Assembly (NCBI RefSeq): GCF_041146345.1
Contig: NW_027191413.1
Location: 1,550,001-1,614,000, forward strand
Length of the DNA: 64,000 nucleotides
Direction of reading: 5' to 3'
DNA from: Neodothiora populina
Lineage: Eukaryota
A program made the position numbers and the translations under genes. Each line of letters begins with the position of its first letter. Position 1 is the first letter of the stretch. Shown here in pieces: positions 22,563 through 35,558 of this stretch. The notes below the pieces were generated by a model. That model saw only the letters and a list, made by a program, of their open reading frames with translations, was not told the origin of the DNA and ran no database searches.

Positions 22563-23819
22563 GTTTGCGTGTTGTATATATATAGCGTCATGCACTCGCG
22601 TTACAGATGCACGATCCGTGTTGCGAGAGAACCCCAGTCGGTTGTGAAGTACTGTTTGCGGAGCGCTGTTGCTGCACTGGACCGGAAGATTTAAGCTGTA
22701 ATGCAACCCCTGAAGCTGTGTCACGCTGGGCGTGCGCGTTTACTAGAGGAGTGCAGATGGGCAAATTATTCCATGGTTCAAAGGAAAAGTGCATGAACGG
22801 GTCAGGAAGAAGGGGTCGTCTTTAAGGAAAAAGAAAGCTCCGGTCAAATACTATAGAGTACCGGTTTACCCACGCCTTACTCGAGGTCCGCATACCACTG
22901 ACAATTGGTCATCGCCAGCACCGGTGAACTACGCTGCGGCATGTAAGGCAAGGTAAGATAGCTTCGAATTGAAACCAGGCGTCCTTCGAGCCTTGGCACC
23001 ATTGAAAAAGAGGGCGGTCGGCACCGACGAGCCACGAGGAGGCACTTGTAGTAGCATGTTGCATCAAGTATTAGCTATCATTTGCATTGCGCAGCGGAGG
23101 TGCCGACCGCGTACGCCGACTTAGAATACTCGTGATGAAAAGAGGAAGCCTTTGCGGAGGACGTTCGGGAGTTCGCTATCGCGCTTAAGCGTGGAAAACG
23201 GCATCACAGATGCACCCCACATCCACCTTGGAGTAGCGAGAGGGATCAGTTCGTTGTCTTTCTTGTCCTTGTCATGCTGCTGACCACACTCACAATACTT
23301 GAATGGTATTCTTTTTAAGGCGCCTTCAATGGGGCAAAACCGTGGTACCCAAGCAAGTTCCGACTTCGGCATACTGAGAGGTGATAAGAAAATGCTCAGC
23401 TGCGCAGAGGTTCGCGTAGTCCAGGAGGATCTGGCTTGACAGAGCTTGGTTGCCTGCTTTACAGTACCCGTATGCTTAATGTCTTTTTGTATCTTGTGAG
23501 AATCTCGATGGTTGATAGGAGACCTATGATCCAAGGAGGTTTGTAGTCACAGTACGCGGAGGTGTCTGCAAGTAAAAGTGCAAGGTAGATCCTGTGAGAG
23601 CTAGGGCGTGGTGATGGATGTCCACTGCAAGTATAAGAGATCATATGCACACCAAACGCCGGCTTTTCAACTCCCTTATATTGATGATCTGCCGGCAATG
23701 TTAATTTTAATTTCATCTGCCGGCCTCTATCTTAATCCCGTCTCTCGGCCTCTATTCCCATCACCATAAGGACACCGTTATCGCCATCACACCCAATCCT
23801 TCCATTCCCGTCGGTTCTC

Positions 23820-26800
23820 ATGCCCACTCTGAGACAACTTACATGCTCGATCGAGCTCGGGAGTACCGATCTCAAGCTTGATGAGTTTGGCACAAGGTAT
23901 GGTGACGGCCATGTAGAGACTTACGTCGCAGTGCCGTACGAAGACATCAGCTTTAGCATTCATCTCACCTCCAAGGGATACGTTGCGCCAGGAATCGCAT
24001 TCTTCGTTTTCATAGATGGCCAGTACCAATGCAACCGAAACCGAAGAGGCTTGCTGGTACCGGAGCACAACACTCCGTCCAAGCAATATGAGATTGACCT
24101 TCGAGCCCGCCAAAAGGAAACAAAGCAACCAGATGGAAGCTTCATCGGCCGCGATTGGACATTCCATGAGCTAAATACAGGTGAGATCGGGAGGAAATCA
24201 ATGTTAGCAGCCCTGCAGCTTCTCTGACTCTTCCTTCTAGGGAATGTGCAAAAGGCTCAGCATGTCAGTACTACCTTCCTTGACAATGTCGGCACCATTG
24301 AAGTCGTAGTTTTGCGGTGCAAGGAAAACCCAGCACCAGAGCCATTATTGAAGGACGCCCATGCCAGAAAATCAGCGCAGCAGGCACCATGTGTGGCAGT
24401 AAAGCGATCTGCATCACCTCCTCAAGTGGCAGAGGTCAGTAAAGCAGACGCGCCACAGAAGACTAGTAGTACTCTTGGAGGTTTCATGGGTCTATTCGAT
24501 GGTGCCGCAGATAATTCAGATCTTGACGATTGGCCTACCATGAAGTGTCCTCCAGGAACAGGCTATACCTACAATTACGCTAGAAGGGTAGATCCCGATC
24601 ACAAGGATGTACCGCACAAACGGCAGACCACCCCGAAACCATGGCATCTACCATCTGACCCTATTGTAGCACATTACGGACCTATACCTCAGGTGCAGAC
24701 TATACTGAGCAACACTCCCGAGAGTGAAGACCACTACAGTGGTAGAGAGCGAGTTCGCCGCGATGTGAAGTCCACGCCGTTGCATGGTGCTACATCGCCA
24801 TGTCCACCTAGACAAACCAGATTTCACGCTATGCCTGATCAGCATGCTGAGAACCTTGGAGGCTATGCATATCCAGTAGGCAGTCCTTTCGTCGCATGCT
24901 ATCCCAATGGCTACCCATTGAATTCCGGGCATGCTGCACCTCCGGCGGGTGGTGAACCGCAATATTATCCTTATGCTTACCCAGCGGAGGCGTACCAATT
25001 TGACAGACCTTTCACCAATCAACGTTTCTACGCACATGAAGCCTCAGCACCACCGCCTGCGCAAGGTCCCCCAGGAGCGCATCATCACCATGCGCCCAAG
25101 ACCTCCCGTGCCGGACGTGAACGCGTAGGCAAATCTCTTGACGAGCGGCAAAATCCAGATGTGGGATCATTACCTCCATCACCTCGATGGTCCAAAGCAG
25201 GCAGGTAAGTACAAGAGACCATAAGTTATGTAGATGCCGAAAGCTACTAATACTTGCATAGGGCACATGGTCACAGTGCCTACAATGATGCTCAGCATGA
25301 CACGGCCGCCGCTGGCCGCTGGCAGATGCGTGACTGGAGTGACACTCCAACATCGTCAGAGGATAAAAAGCCACACGACACTACATCATATCATCCAGAC
25401 AACAGGTCAACAAGCAAGTCTGGCAAAAGTGGGTCAAGCCATAATGGATTATCATCCCCTCGCGACAGTGCAAAGCAGGACTCGGGTGTCAAGTCAGCTG
25501 CTTATCAAAGTCCATGGGATGACAACGACGCTGCGCAGAATCAGGTGCAGTCAAACGACCGGGGAAAAGTCATTTCCTCTGATCAGCAAGATGGATGGAG
25601 TTGGAACGTGAACAACAAACCCAGTGAAAAGGCCGAAGCCTGGGATGATCAGCAGAGGTCCCATTGTGCATCGCATACCTCTCCACCAAACGAGCAAGAC
25701 AAGAAAGACACCTCGAAGAAGTCCAGCGGCGCAGCGAGTGGATGGGCCGAAGCGGCGCCAGAGGCCTGGAATAGTGAGAATAAGTCAGCAGAACATGTTG
25801 AAGTCACCCAGCCCTTCACGTGGGAGACGACGTCCAAAAAGGGCTCCGTGAAACAGTCCTCCCATACAAAGTCAGCCAATCGAGGTGGAAGCGTCAAATC
25901 TGCAGCACACAATGATCGCAAAACAGAGGATGACTGGGCGCAAGTTACCTGTCAAGCTGCTGGCGCTGATTGGCATGAGACAGAAGAACATCATGCGCAG
26001 CCATCGTCAGACAAGACCAAGGAATATCGGCGGACAAGTGGTATCGGCAAGACTCAGCCTGAAAGCACTGTAAGGGAGTCCGTTTCTGCGAGTGCTACCC
26101 AAAAGCTCAAAGTGACAAGCGTCGCTGGGGATGCGAAGGTGGTGAGCGAGGTTCAAAAGACTAGCAAAGTCTCTGAACGGGCCAACACAAGTGAGGAGAA
26201 GAAGCATAAGTCCGCAGGTAACGCTGGAGACCCTCATGTCAATCCTAGTCACAAAAAGAGTGGCCACGCGAAGACGGCATCGTGTTCTCGGTCCAAAGCC
26301 GAGCAGACGACAAACAGCAGTGATGGGACCGCACCCCATTTGCCACACACCAAAGAATACTGGAAATCATGGAACAAGCGTCCGGGCAGTCTACTTAGCA
26401 AAGAAGAACAGGACTCAGCAAAGAACAGAAATGCACAAGATCCGTACCTGGGACCAGCCGAGCCCCTGCCCTTGATTCCCGAAGACTCCTCACTCGCGAT
26501 AAAAGGGAAAATCAAGCACCAAGTCCAAATCGGCAAGGCGGCCGCTTACTTTCACCTCTGTGCACGACCAGAGTATCTCGACTCGATGAACCTCCCATAT
26601 GCCGTCTTCACCTTCAAGTACCGCAGCAAAGAAACTCTGGAGCGGAAATTCGGGATGCGCATCGAGGACGATAACGCGGCGCAGACGAAGGCCAGACTGG
26701 CGGACTTGAGCAAAGAGCAGCTCGTGGAAGAAGTGCTGAACCTGAAGGTACGGCGATAAGTGTTCTCTCCTTGCCATTACGAACCGATGATATGGTTTTT

Positions 26801-27093
26801 GCTAACACGAAAATGCCAAATTACAGTCAAAGAGCAAGTCTCCGGCCTCAGCTCGCAGTATGAGCTCCAAAGAAAAGGTAAACGCATGGGACGCAGGGAC
26901 GAAACCAGCGCGGAGCGAGAAGAAGACATCGTCGACTACAGCATCACTGCATCGTACGAGCAAGACCAAGACCAAGACCCGCAGCAAGACAATTGAAGCG
27001 GGAAATATTGCCGACGGAAACGGTGATCGAAGCAACGCCTCGAACACTGCTCCCTCACACAGTAAAGCCAACCCTCCTCGAGCGGTAAGATAG
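23820..27093 (+). CDS. Large uncharacterised fungal protein (about 1000 aa), 3 introns; C-terminus possibly frameshifted (would extend to 27272)
   Basis: Ordered N-terminal domain MPTLRQLTCSIE..YGDGHVETYVAVP..FSIHLTSKGYVAPGIAFFVFIDGQYQCNRNR..FIGRDWTF..VGTIEVVVLRC. Long disordered Trp-punctuated middle. C-terminal block KHQVQIGK..YFHLCARPEYLDSMNLPYAVFTFKYRSKE. Introns 24181-24240, 25205-25261 and 26748-26826 join the ORFs in frame. Confidence 0.8.
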
Positions 27094-27285
27094 ATGCCGA
27101 AAAGAAGAGCAAGAAACAGATATCGGCAGCATGCGAGGACGAGATCGTCGTCGCTGGATCAAAGGCGAAAGGTGAGACGGCGAATAACTGGGACGACACG
27201 AAAAATCCGATTGAAAACGATTGGGCCAAGGAAGCAGCAATAACAGTGCCTATGGATGATCAAGCATGGTAAGAGTACAAAGACA

Positions 27286-27393
27286 AAGAAGAAGAAGAAG
27301 AAGAAGAAGAAGAAGAAGAAGAAGAAGAAGAAGAAGAAGAAGAAGAAGAAGAAGAAGAAGAAGAAGAAGAAGAAGAAGAAGAAGAAGAAGAAG
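27286..27393. repeat. Perfect (AAG)36 microsatellite
   Basis: 108 bp of uninterrupted AAG, followed by (GAG)3. Confidence 0.97.
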
Positions 27394-27892
27394 GAGGAGG
27401 AGGATATCAACTCATCTCCTTTCCTGTCTTTCCACTACGCATTACTTCATCTCCGTAAGGTAGTATGCAGACAGCCGGGCTGGCCAGATATCCACTGGTC
27501 AGCCGAGACGAAACGGAGGACGAGAGGGAGGATTATCCGCGCATCTTCTCTTACCCTTTTCCTTCAACAGGATGAGGATGAGGATGAGGATGAGGATTGA
27601 ATGGCTGGATAGCCGGAATGCCGAATAGGTAGCGGTAATAGTAATAGTCGTACTGGTGGTGGGTCCAGCCATGGATCATAATAACCATAGGAGCATGCAC
27701 TGCATCCTCGAGGAAACCAGTCTCAGTCAATCTCAATCGATTTATTCTTGTTCCTATTGCAGCTCCTAACATGGAAAAAGACAGTCGTTGATTCTTCGAC
27801 TGAGAAGACATACTTCTCGACAGAGAGACACTATTCCAAGCCAGGTCAAGCCAGAATCGATTCTAGTCCGTCCCCACAAGACATTGGAAGAT

Positions 27893-27895
<3 letters not shown>

Positions 27896-27942
<47 letters not shown>
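27896..27942. repeat. (AG)~23 microsatellite
   Basis: Read directly. Nearby are (GATGAG)4 at 27571-27597 and (ACATGR)7 at 28135-28176. Confidence 0.95.
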
Positions 27943-27945
<3 letters not shown>

Positions 27946-28565
27946 GATTGACCCCATAATTCCCAGCAAGTAGAAGACGATAAGAAAGCGACGAGGTTTA
28001 TCTATTTTCTGAACAGACCGAGATGTGATAAAAAAATATAGGAGGGGGTATATATAAAAAGAAAAAAAAAGCCAACGACACCCTTTGAGCTGGCCTGCAC
28101 TGCCCTGCCCTGATGTGTGAAGGGTGCGGTGTTTACATGGACATGGACATGAACATGGACATGAACATGGACATGGAGCATTCGATCGACCAATCAATCG
28201 ATCGAGCCTTTGGTCGACCCATCAACCAACCAACACTCGCGTACAAGCGTGCTTGAAGCATGCCTCTCTCTTTCTCTATGTTCCCTGTGGTCTAGAGATA
28301 ACAGTGTTTCCAAGCATCAACAGACTTCTAGCCCAATATCAAGTCCAAGCTTTCCAAAGTAGATCCAGAGCGATGAAAAAGAGCTTTGGGCCTGGGATGG
28401 CAGAAAAGAGTAAAAGAGCAGTCGTGCGTTCTTGGTACTCGATAGCCAAAAAAAAGGCTACTTGACATTTCAACACATGATGTCCCATGATAAATCGGAT
28501 CAATCCCCTTTCTTCTGATAAAAAGTCGTCATCCTCATACTGTCGCGTGCGTGCGTAGGTTTTCA

Positions 28566-31128
28566 TTATAATGCTCTCTGGCCCTCCTTTCTCACTGGTG
28601 ACCGGCCGGCGAACAGAGGCACGGGCGTGCCGAATGGACCACCTCCGCCCATCTGCCGTCTGAAGTTCACGCTGTCGTATAGCTGCTCGGGCGCTCTGTC
28701 GTCGGCTTTGCCATGTTGCATGTGCATGGGATTCGTCATGTGGCCATGTTGCGCGGCCGAGGCTTCGGCGAGCAGAGAGGACTGCATGGCGGGGCCGTGC
28801 ATGGGTCCGGCGTAGTGATGTCGTTCGTGGTCTGCGGCCGTGACACCGTCATTTGGAGCGTCAATGGTCGATGTGCTCGAGATGTTTGAGAAATTGCGGC
28901 GGTCTTCATGGTTCGCGAGGGGGTTTGCTAGGGCGGAGCGGACTTTGAGCGAGCTGATGGGCGAACCGTCGTCGCGCGCGACGCTCAGGCTGGTTTTGTC
29001 TGTATTCGGAGCTGCGGTGACGGCACTGGACGGTGGATCACTGGGCGCGGCGATGGTGTCACCCGAGTTGAGACCGTTTGGATGAAAGTCGGCCCTCTTC
29101 TGAGAGGCCATGGGCGTCGTGAAAGGCGACTGAGTGCGATGCGGTTGAGCGGATCCTTGTCGAAACAGATTGACCGAGAGATTCGCGTGTTGTTGGTTCT
29201 GGAGGCTGAAAGGAGAGCGAGATTGCTGATGAAATGGATGCTGCGCGTTTGCCCATGGGTTCTGCTCCACCCACTTCTCTCGAGCAGCGCGCGCAGCCAG
29301 GCCGTGGGGATCATGAGTGTTCGGGTGCGCCGGTGCCACAGGCAGCTGATGGCGAGGAAGCTGTAGGGTGAATCAGTGTCATGTCCTCACCCGTGTGGAT
29401 GTGGATCTTCGTGGTACCTTCATCGCTTTCAGATCGTCATCTAGCTCCGTTGATCTAGCGCCGTGTATCTCGGGGGCGGCGGGGAAGCCAACATAGCGTT
29501 GCATGCCAGAGATGATGGACACCTCTCGGTTGTAGTTGGCTTGATTGCGAATCTGATCAGAGTATTTGGTGGGGAACTTGTAGGTGTACTTGTCGGCTTG
29601 GTCGGCCTGGAACTGCCTGCGCTCTTTCTGTATGTCGTACCAGGTTCTTCCCAGCTCGTCGAGGCGCTCCTCGCGAATCTTGCGTGCTTCCTGGAAGAAT
29701 TGAGTGTGTAGCTGGGCGTGTTCACCCAGGGTCTGGTTGATGATTGACTGGCTCTTGTAGCGCAGACGGGCGTATTCCTGCTGGATCTTGGTGTCGCGGC
29801 GCGATGTGATGCATTGCAGTTGGGCGATGAATTCGGGATGTGCAGGTTCAGGGCGATTTAGTAGGTCCAGTTCAGCCTCTGCGGCTGCGAGCTTCTCACC
29901 GTGCAGCCTGTGTGGTTTGTCAGTCCAGGTTCCAACAACGACAGACAGACTGCATAACACTCACTTTGTGCGGAACATGTGAAACTTGTCGGCAAGCTCA
30001 GCGTAGGCGGCTTGTGCTTGTCTCTTGCTCTCGGCATCGTCGTCGCTCTTGGGCGCGCCGTCTTCGTCTTCTTGCGGTCCGAGCGGTGTCCCGATGTCCT
30101 CGTCGCCTTCGGCTTTGTTTGGCGCGGCCGAGGCTTCTTTTAGTCTCTTTGCTCGCTGCTTCTTGCCCTTCAGACGAGCCGCCTTCATGGGAGATATGTA
30201 GGGGTTTTGGTCAACATCGTCGGGTTCTGGTGTCTCGCGGTCCGAGGGTGTCTGGACAGTGGGATGCTCTGTCGTTTCTTCGATGTTGGTCTCTTCGATG
30301 CTCTCTTCCGGCTCATTGGCCGTCGTCGAATCTACGTGGTCGGTGGGTCGAGGCAGGAGAATGTCGTCAGAGTCCGAGGCGGCCTCGGAGAGTGGGCTGT
30401 CGGGTTCGCTGAGTGGAGGAGACCTCTTGCGCTTCTGACCAGCGAGTGCAGAGGGGGAGGCTGCGAGGTCTGCGGGTTAGCTAGAGAGTCTAAGAGGACG
30501 ACGAGGGAAGACTTGTTTGCAACGCACCAACGGTCCTGTGGGCGGGAGAGGGTGATTGAGGATCAGGGCGAGGCGTGGCTGGAGAGGAAGCGGGCTCAGT
30601 CCAATGGTCGGGAGCACTGGTCTCTTGATTGAGTTTGCTGGGAGTGCGCGTCGTGTCTGGTAGCCTCCAAGACTTCTGGGGCGATGGCTCGAGACGCTCG
30701 GTTTCGGCCTCCGAGTCGGCGTCCTGGATTGCGAGGGTGTTTGTCTGAGTGGCTTCTTGCTCGTCGAGATTGCCGTCAAAGTCGCTCAGGCTGCTGGACC
30801 CATCGTCGCGGTCACGGCCATTTCTGGCAGTCTTGTCGTTGTTGTTGTTGTTGTTGTTGTCGTCGTCGTCTTGGTTGTCGCTGTCGTGTTGGTCGCGCAT
30901 GACGACGTCCGGCTGCGCAGCGGACTCTGGCAGAGGGAGTGGGGTGTCGATGGTGAGGGTGGGTCTCTGGGACAATGGCGACTTGGGCGGGTCGTCGGCG
31001 GTGTGGTCAAAGTAGTTGACGTTTGATCGAGAGGTGGTGGATAGCGGGGATATGGAGGGGGTGGAATTGCGAGTGTGGAGAGAGCGAGGAGTGTGGCTCC
31101 GCTGTCTGGAGGGATGCTGAAGAGACAC
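28566..31128 (-). CDS. DEP1: Rpd3L histone deacetylase complex subunit Dep1 (Sds3-like family), 3 introns
   Basis: SSSLSD..DSEAETERLEPSPQK N-terminal motif. Sds3-like coiled coil AYAELADKFHMFRTKLHGEKLA..ELDLL..HPEF..LHTQFFQEARKIREERLD..WYDIQKERR..QANYNREVSIISGMQRYVGFPAAPEIHGA..DDLKAM. Confidence 0.85.
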
Positions 31129-31930
31129 TGAGAGAGAGAAAGAGTCGGGTCAGCAAGCTTGTTGTGGACACGGGAAGCGGTGGGCGTACTGTCTGTGGTA
31201 TTGCCCGGCTCAGTGGGTTCGGCGGTTGCGGGCAGCGCGATCATGATGCGCTACCCGTAATCCACTTTGTCTGTGAGGAAGTAGTAGACTGAGCACTGCG
31301 CGGTTCGGTGGGTCCAGCTAAGTGGCAGCGGAGGTGCTGTATATTGGAGAAGAGAGGGGTTGGTTTCGGGATGCCGCCAGTAAGGATGAGCGCGAGAGGT
31401 GCAGGTAGATCACATGTAGAAGGTACGGAAAAGTAGCGGGTCGGGGAAAAAGAGAGAGACAGAGCGAGAGAGCGAGAGAGAGAGATGGCCGAGGATGGAT
31501 GAATGAAGGAAGGAAGGAAGGGATTATGACCAGGTTTGCCGGGGCTGGAGGGAGATACAAGGGACAAAGACAGGAAATAATGTTGGTCTCTGTTCGACAG
31601 GGTGAATAGGTAAGGTAAGTAATGGTAAAAGGCAATTGATGCAATTGATGCAAAGTGCAAGTGCAAGTGCTTGTGCTTGTGCTTGTGCTTGTTCAGCTCC
31701 GCCGGCTGTGCTCTTGCTGGACTCGACAGTAATACAGTAATACAGTGGCAGTGACATACTGTACAGTGATTGCTTCATTGCTCTCTGATTGCTCCACATT
31801 TAGTGTACAGCGACCGGATTACCAGGGTTTAGCCTACCAGGACTCCCCTTATCTCGCTCTGATCCACGCTCAAACACGACAAACATGCCTAGATCCTGGC
31901 TTATCGATAGAGAGCGTGGCCCCTTATCAC

Positions 31931-31966
31931 GTCCACGTCCACGTCCACGTCCACGTCCACGTCCAC
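31931..31966. repeat. (GTCCAC)6 in the DEP1/NOP12 divergent promoter
   Basis: Read directly. A compound (TGCAAG)n(TGCTTG)4 also lies at about 31655-31692. Confidence 0.92.
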
Positions 31967-32108
31967 GGGCCAAACACAGGCTTGGCGCTCGATCAGGGTT
32001 TGTGGTTGGCAAATCTTCCAGTTCCGAGGCAGGTGCAGGCATGTGCAGCGGTGGATTATATTTTCTTTTATTTGACTCCGTTCGATTCTACCACAATCAC
32101 CTCGCACT

Positions 32109-32187
32109 TCGGCCGCAACCATGTCCAAATCATCGGCCGCAACCATGTCCAAATCATCGGCCGCAACCATGTCCAAATCATCGGCCG
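32109..32187 (+). repeat. Perfect 24-bp tandem repeat x3.3 spanning the NOP12 start codon
   Basis: TCGGCCGCAACCATGTCCAAATCA at 32109, 32133 and 32157, then TCGGCCG. ATGs at 32121, 32145 and 32169. Confidence 0.97.
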
Positions 32188-33956
32188 ACAAGTCCTCGAC
32201 AAAGGACAAGAAGTCCTCAAAGCCCGAGCACACCAGCAAGAAGAGCAAGAAAGACTCGACCAAGTCAGACTCTGCGCAAACTGCCTCCTCTACCTTTGCT
32301 TCTGCAGTTGGACCCGCAGCATTCGACACTACCATCTCTTCCCTCTTTGCCAATTCTGTAAGTGCTCATTGTCTAAACTTCTGGTGACAAATCATTTGCT
32401 GACCACTCCGAAGCTCGGCCCCAGCAAGCCCAATGAACCAGTCCGGACGAACAGAGACGTCGAGGAAGAGGATGAAGAGCTTGAGGAGCTCGAAGATGAA
32501 GATGGAGAGGACGACAGCGAAGATATGGATGTAGACGCCAAGTCTTCCGCCCCCGCTGCTGTGGAAAACGACGACGACAACAAACGCAAGAGGAAAAGAA
32601 AGGACAAGCACGACGATCTCGAAGACGTCTACATGGAGCGTCTGGCGCGCGACGAGGCCAAAGCCCTTGCAAAGCAAAAGCAGGAGAGAGCCTCGAAGCG
32701 GGTGAAGAAGACGGACGGCGACGATGAGGAGGACGAGGATGAATCAGAAGCCAGCAGCGACGCTGCTTCCGACGACGACCAAGACGCAGAGGACGCAGGA
32801 ACGCCGCCCCCGGTCCACGAGTCTCTGCTGCCCGACATGAACACCGATCTGGCAAAGTCGCAACGCACCGTCTTCCTCGGCAACGTCTCCAGCGAGGCCA
32901 TCACTTCAAAGACTGCCGAGAAGACCCTGAGGCGCCATCTATCATCCTTTTTCTCCGCCCTCGATGCTCCCGCCAAGGACCAGCCTGCGCATTCGATCGA
33001 GTCAATCCGCTTCCGCTCCACCGCTTTCGCCAGTGCCATCCCCAAGAAGGCCGCCTTTGCCAAGAAAGAACTCATGGAAGCCACCACGAAATCCACCAAC
33101 GCCTACCTTGTCTACTCCTCTGCCGTGCTGGCCCGTGAGGCTGCCCGTAGACTCAACGGATCCGTAGTCCTTGACCGCCATCTGCGAGTCGACGAGGTAG
33201 CTCATCCTGCCAAGGTCGACCACAAACGCTGCATCTTCGTCGGCAACCTGGGCTTCGTAGACGACGAGTCAAACATCGACAAGGCCAACGAGGAGCAGGG
33301 CATCCAGAAGCGTCAGGGCAAGAAGACCCCCAGCGACGTCGAGGAGGGCCTATGGCGCACCTTTGCAACCTGCGGCACAGTCGAGAGCGTGCGCGTGGTA
33401 CGAGACAGCAAGACCCGAGTGGGCAAGGGCTTCGCCTACGTGCAATTCACCGTAAGCCCATCTTTCTTTCTTCCCCATCACCAAACCCCCAAGCTAACCC
33501 TTCTTCTCCCCCCCCCCCCAGGACGAAAACGCAGTCGAAGCAGCCCTGCTGCTCAACGAGAAGAAATTCCCCCCAATGCTGCCTCGCAAGCTGCGCGTCA
33601 CGCGCGCCAAAGCCATCAAGCGCAACGCAAAGTCCAACAACGCCAACGCTACGCGCCCACCACAGCACACGCAACAACCGCGCTCCAGCAGAGCCGGCGG
33701 CGTCTACAACCCCAAGATGTCCTCGCAGGAGCAGTCCAACCTCGGACGCGCAGGGAAGCTTCTGGGTCGCGCCGCCGCCGCGCAGTTGCGTAACGGAGAC
33801 GGCTCCGTCATCAAGGCGCCCGAGAAGTTTGTGTTCGAGGGGCATAGGGCGAGCAGCAGTCAGGGCAAGAACGGGTTCAAGTTCGGAAAGAAGGGCAAGC
33901 CGGGTTCGAAGAGCAGTACTAAGAGGGCTGCCGCGTGGAAGGCGAAGGGCAAATAA
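32121..33956 (+). CDS. NOP12: Nucleolar RRM protein Nop12 (RBM34), 2 introns
   Basis: [15 protein letters not shown]; acidic tract; [100 protein letters not shown]. Confidence 0.93.
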
Positions 33957-34469
33957 ACATGCTTCTTTTTCCTTTTTCTTCTTTCTTCTTCTTTACTTGT
34001 CGTTGGCTAGCTATCAGCTCTGGCTACCCCAGAAGGAAACAGCTCTTTGCATTTCATACTGCTGTATATACCCCTCTTCCTCCCGCCGACTTGACTTTTC
34101 CCCTGTTCTTGCCTTTCTGATCTCCTGTTGCTGAAGCACTCCACACGCCGTCATAACAGAGAAATTCTTCCACCCTTTTGATAAGTGAATATATTGGAAA
34201 CCATCATGGTATGGTATGGTATGGTATGGTATGGGGACTGCCTGAAAACAAAAACATGCCCTCGTATCAATCATGCTCGTTTAGTCATATCATCTCAGAA
34301 AGAGGAGGCCAAGTACACCTCGCCGGGGCACTGAGAACAACACCGCATAAGGAAGAAAACATCTAGTCATAACGGAGTGAAAACCTCCGCCTTTGTTCCC
34401 ATCTCCTCTCTCGATCCCGTCCTCCAACAAGGACTTCCTGACCCAACCAAGCGCCACCAAACCCCGTGC

Positions 34470-35558
34470 TCACTTCCTCTCCACGCCCCCAAACTCTCCA
34501 TACTGCGCCTTCGCGTACGTCTTCCTGCGCCGGCCGACACAGCACTCGACAGCCCAAACCGCGCAATCCAGCAGTGCCAGGACCGTCGCGACCCAAGTGA
34601 GCGCCATGAACCTGCCGCCCTTGGACGCGCTCACACCGATATCCTTGCCGTGCTGATTGACGACATTCGCGACCTTGACCGCAACGGTGGTGGCGAGTGC
34701 GCTGGCGATTAAAATGGCAAAGAAGGCGAGGGTGCAGAGCAGCATGTTTACGCAGGCGGTGAGACGGCCGGTTAGGAAAATGCCGACGAGGGCGGCGAGG
34801 GCGCAGATGAGTAAGAGACCCGCTGCGAGGCAGTAGAGGATGAAGACTGCTTTTTGAGCCACACGCGCCGTCTTGATGCCGTCGTTTATGGCGTCCGGCC
34901 AGTCGAGGGATGTCAGGTTTATGCCGACGCCCGAGTTGTCGAGTTCGGTCTGCAGAGTCTTGCTGGGGTCGAAATGGAAGAATGCAGTCCGGTTGCTGCA
35001 GTGCGTTATGTTCTTGTCGATATCTGATTTGGTCACTGTGGCGTTGGGCACGGCGGCTGGAGTGAAGTAGCCTTCGCAGTAGTCGAGGATGTGCGCGGAG
35101 TACCAATCGTGCAGGCCGAGGTCGCGCGCGAAAGTGCCAATGTCGTCGTTGAGCTCGCTTTCGATCGAGTTGGTTATATTGTGGATCCAGTTCGTCACGG
35201 GGTTGCCGCTGCTGGTCGACTCGCTGTCGTTGAACACATTTCGTCCGATTTGAGATGTGTTGAGCTGCGAAGAGAATATATCAGTCACGTCAAGCTGAGT
35301 ACAGCGATGCATCGCTCGCAACGTACGGTGACTATTGCGTAATCCTGTATTGATCGTTAGCTCTGAACACTACTCTGTCTTCTTCCCTTGCGATAGTGCT
35401 GACCTCCATGAACCCTTGTTTCGAGCCGGCAAACAAGCTGTCAATTGCCCTCAGCTGAAGGCACATTATGTTTCTTGTCGACTCCAGACTTACCACAGCA
35501 TCGACAGGATAAAGGCCGCAATGCTCAACACCAACGGTACGACCGCAGAGGAACGCAT
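34470..35558 (-). CDS. SUR7/PalI-family tetraspan membrane protein (Pun1-like), 3 introns
   Basis: N-terminal TM helix MRSSAVVPLVLSIAAFILSMLCLFAGSKQGFMEDYAIVTLNTS; LGLHDWYSAHILDYCEGYFTP motif; three C-terminal TM helices; GGRFMALTW. Confidence 0.9.

Noticed and set aside
27159..27600. Poly-Lys, poly-Arg and poly-Phe ORFs
   Set aside because: Translation artefacts of the (AAG)36 microsatellite.
31745..32120. N-terminal part of the 682-aa ORF (HVHVHV.., GRNHVQII repeats) as a NOP12 extension
   Set aside because: It is a wrong-frame read through promoter repeats and intron 1. The real first exon is the 32121 frame, spliced into the main ORF.
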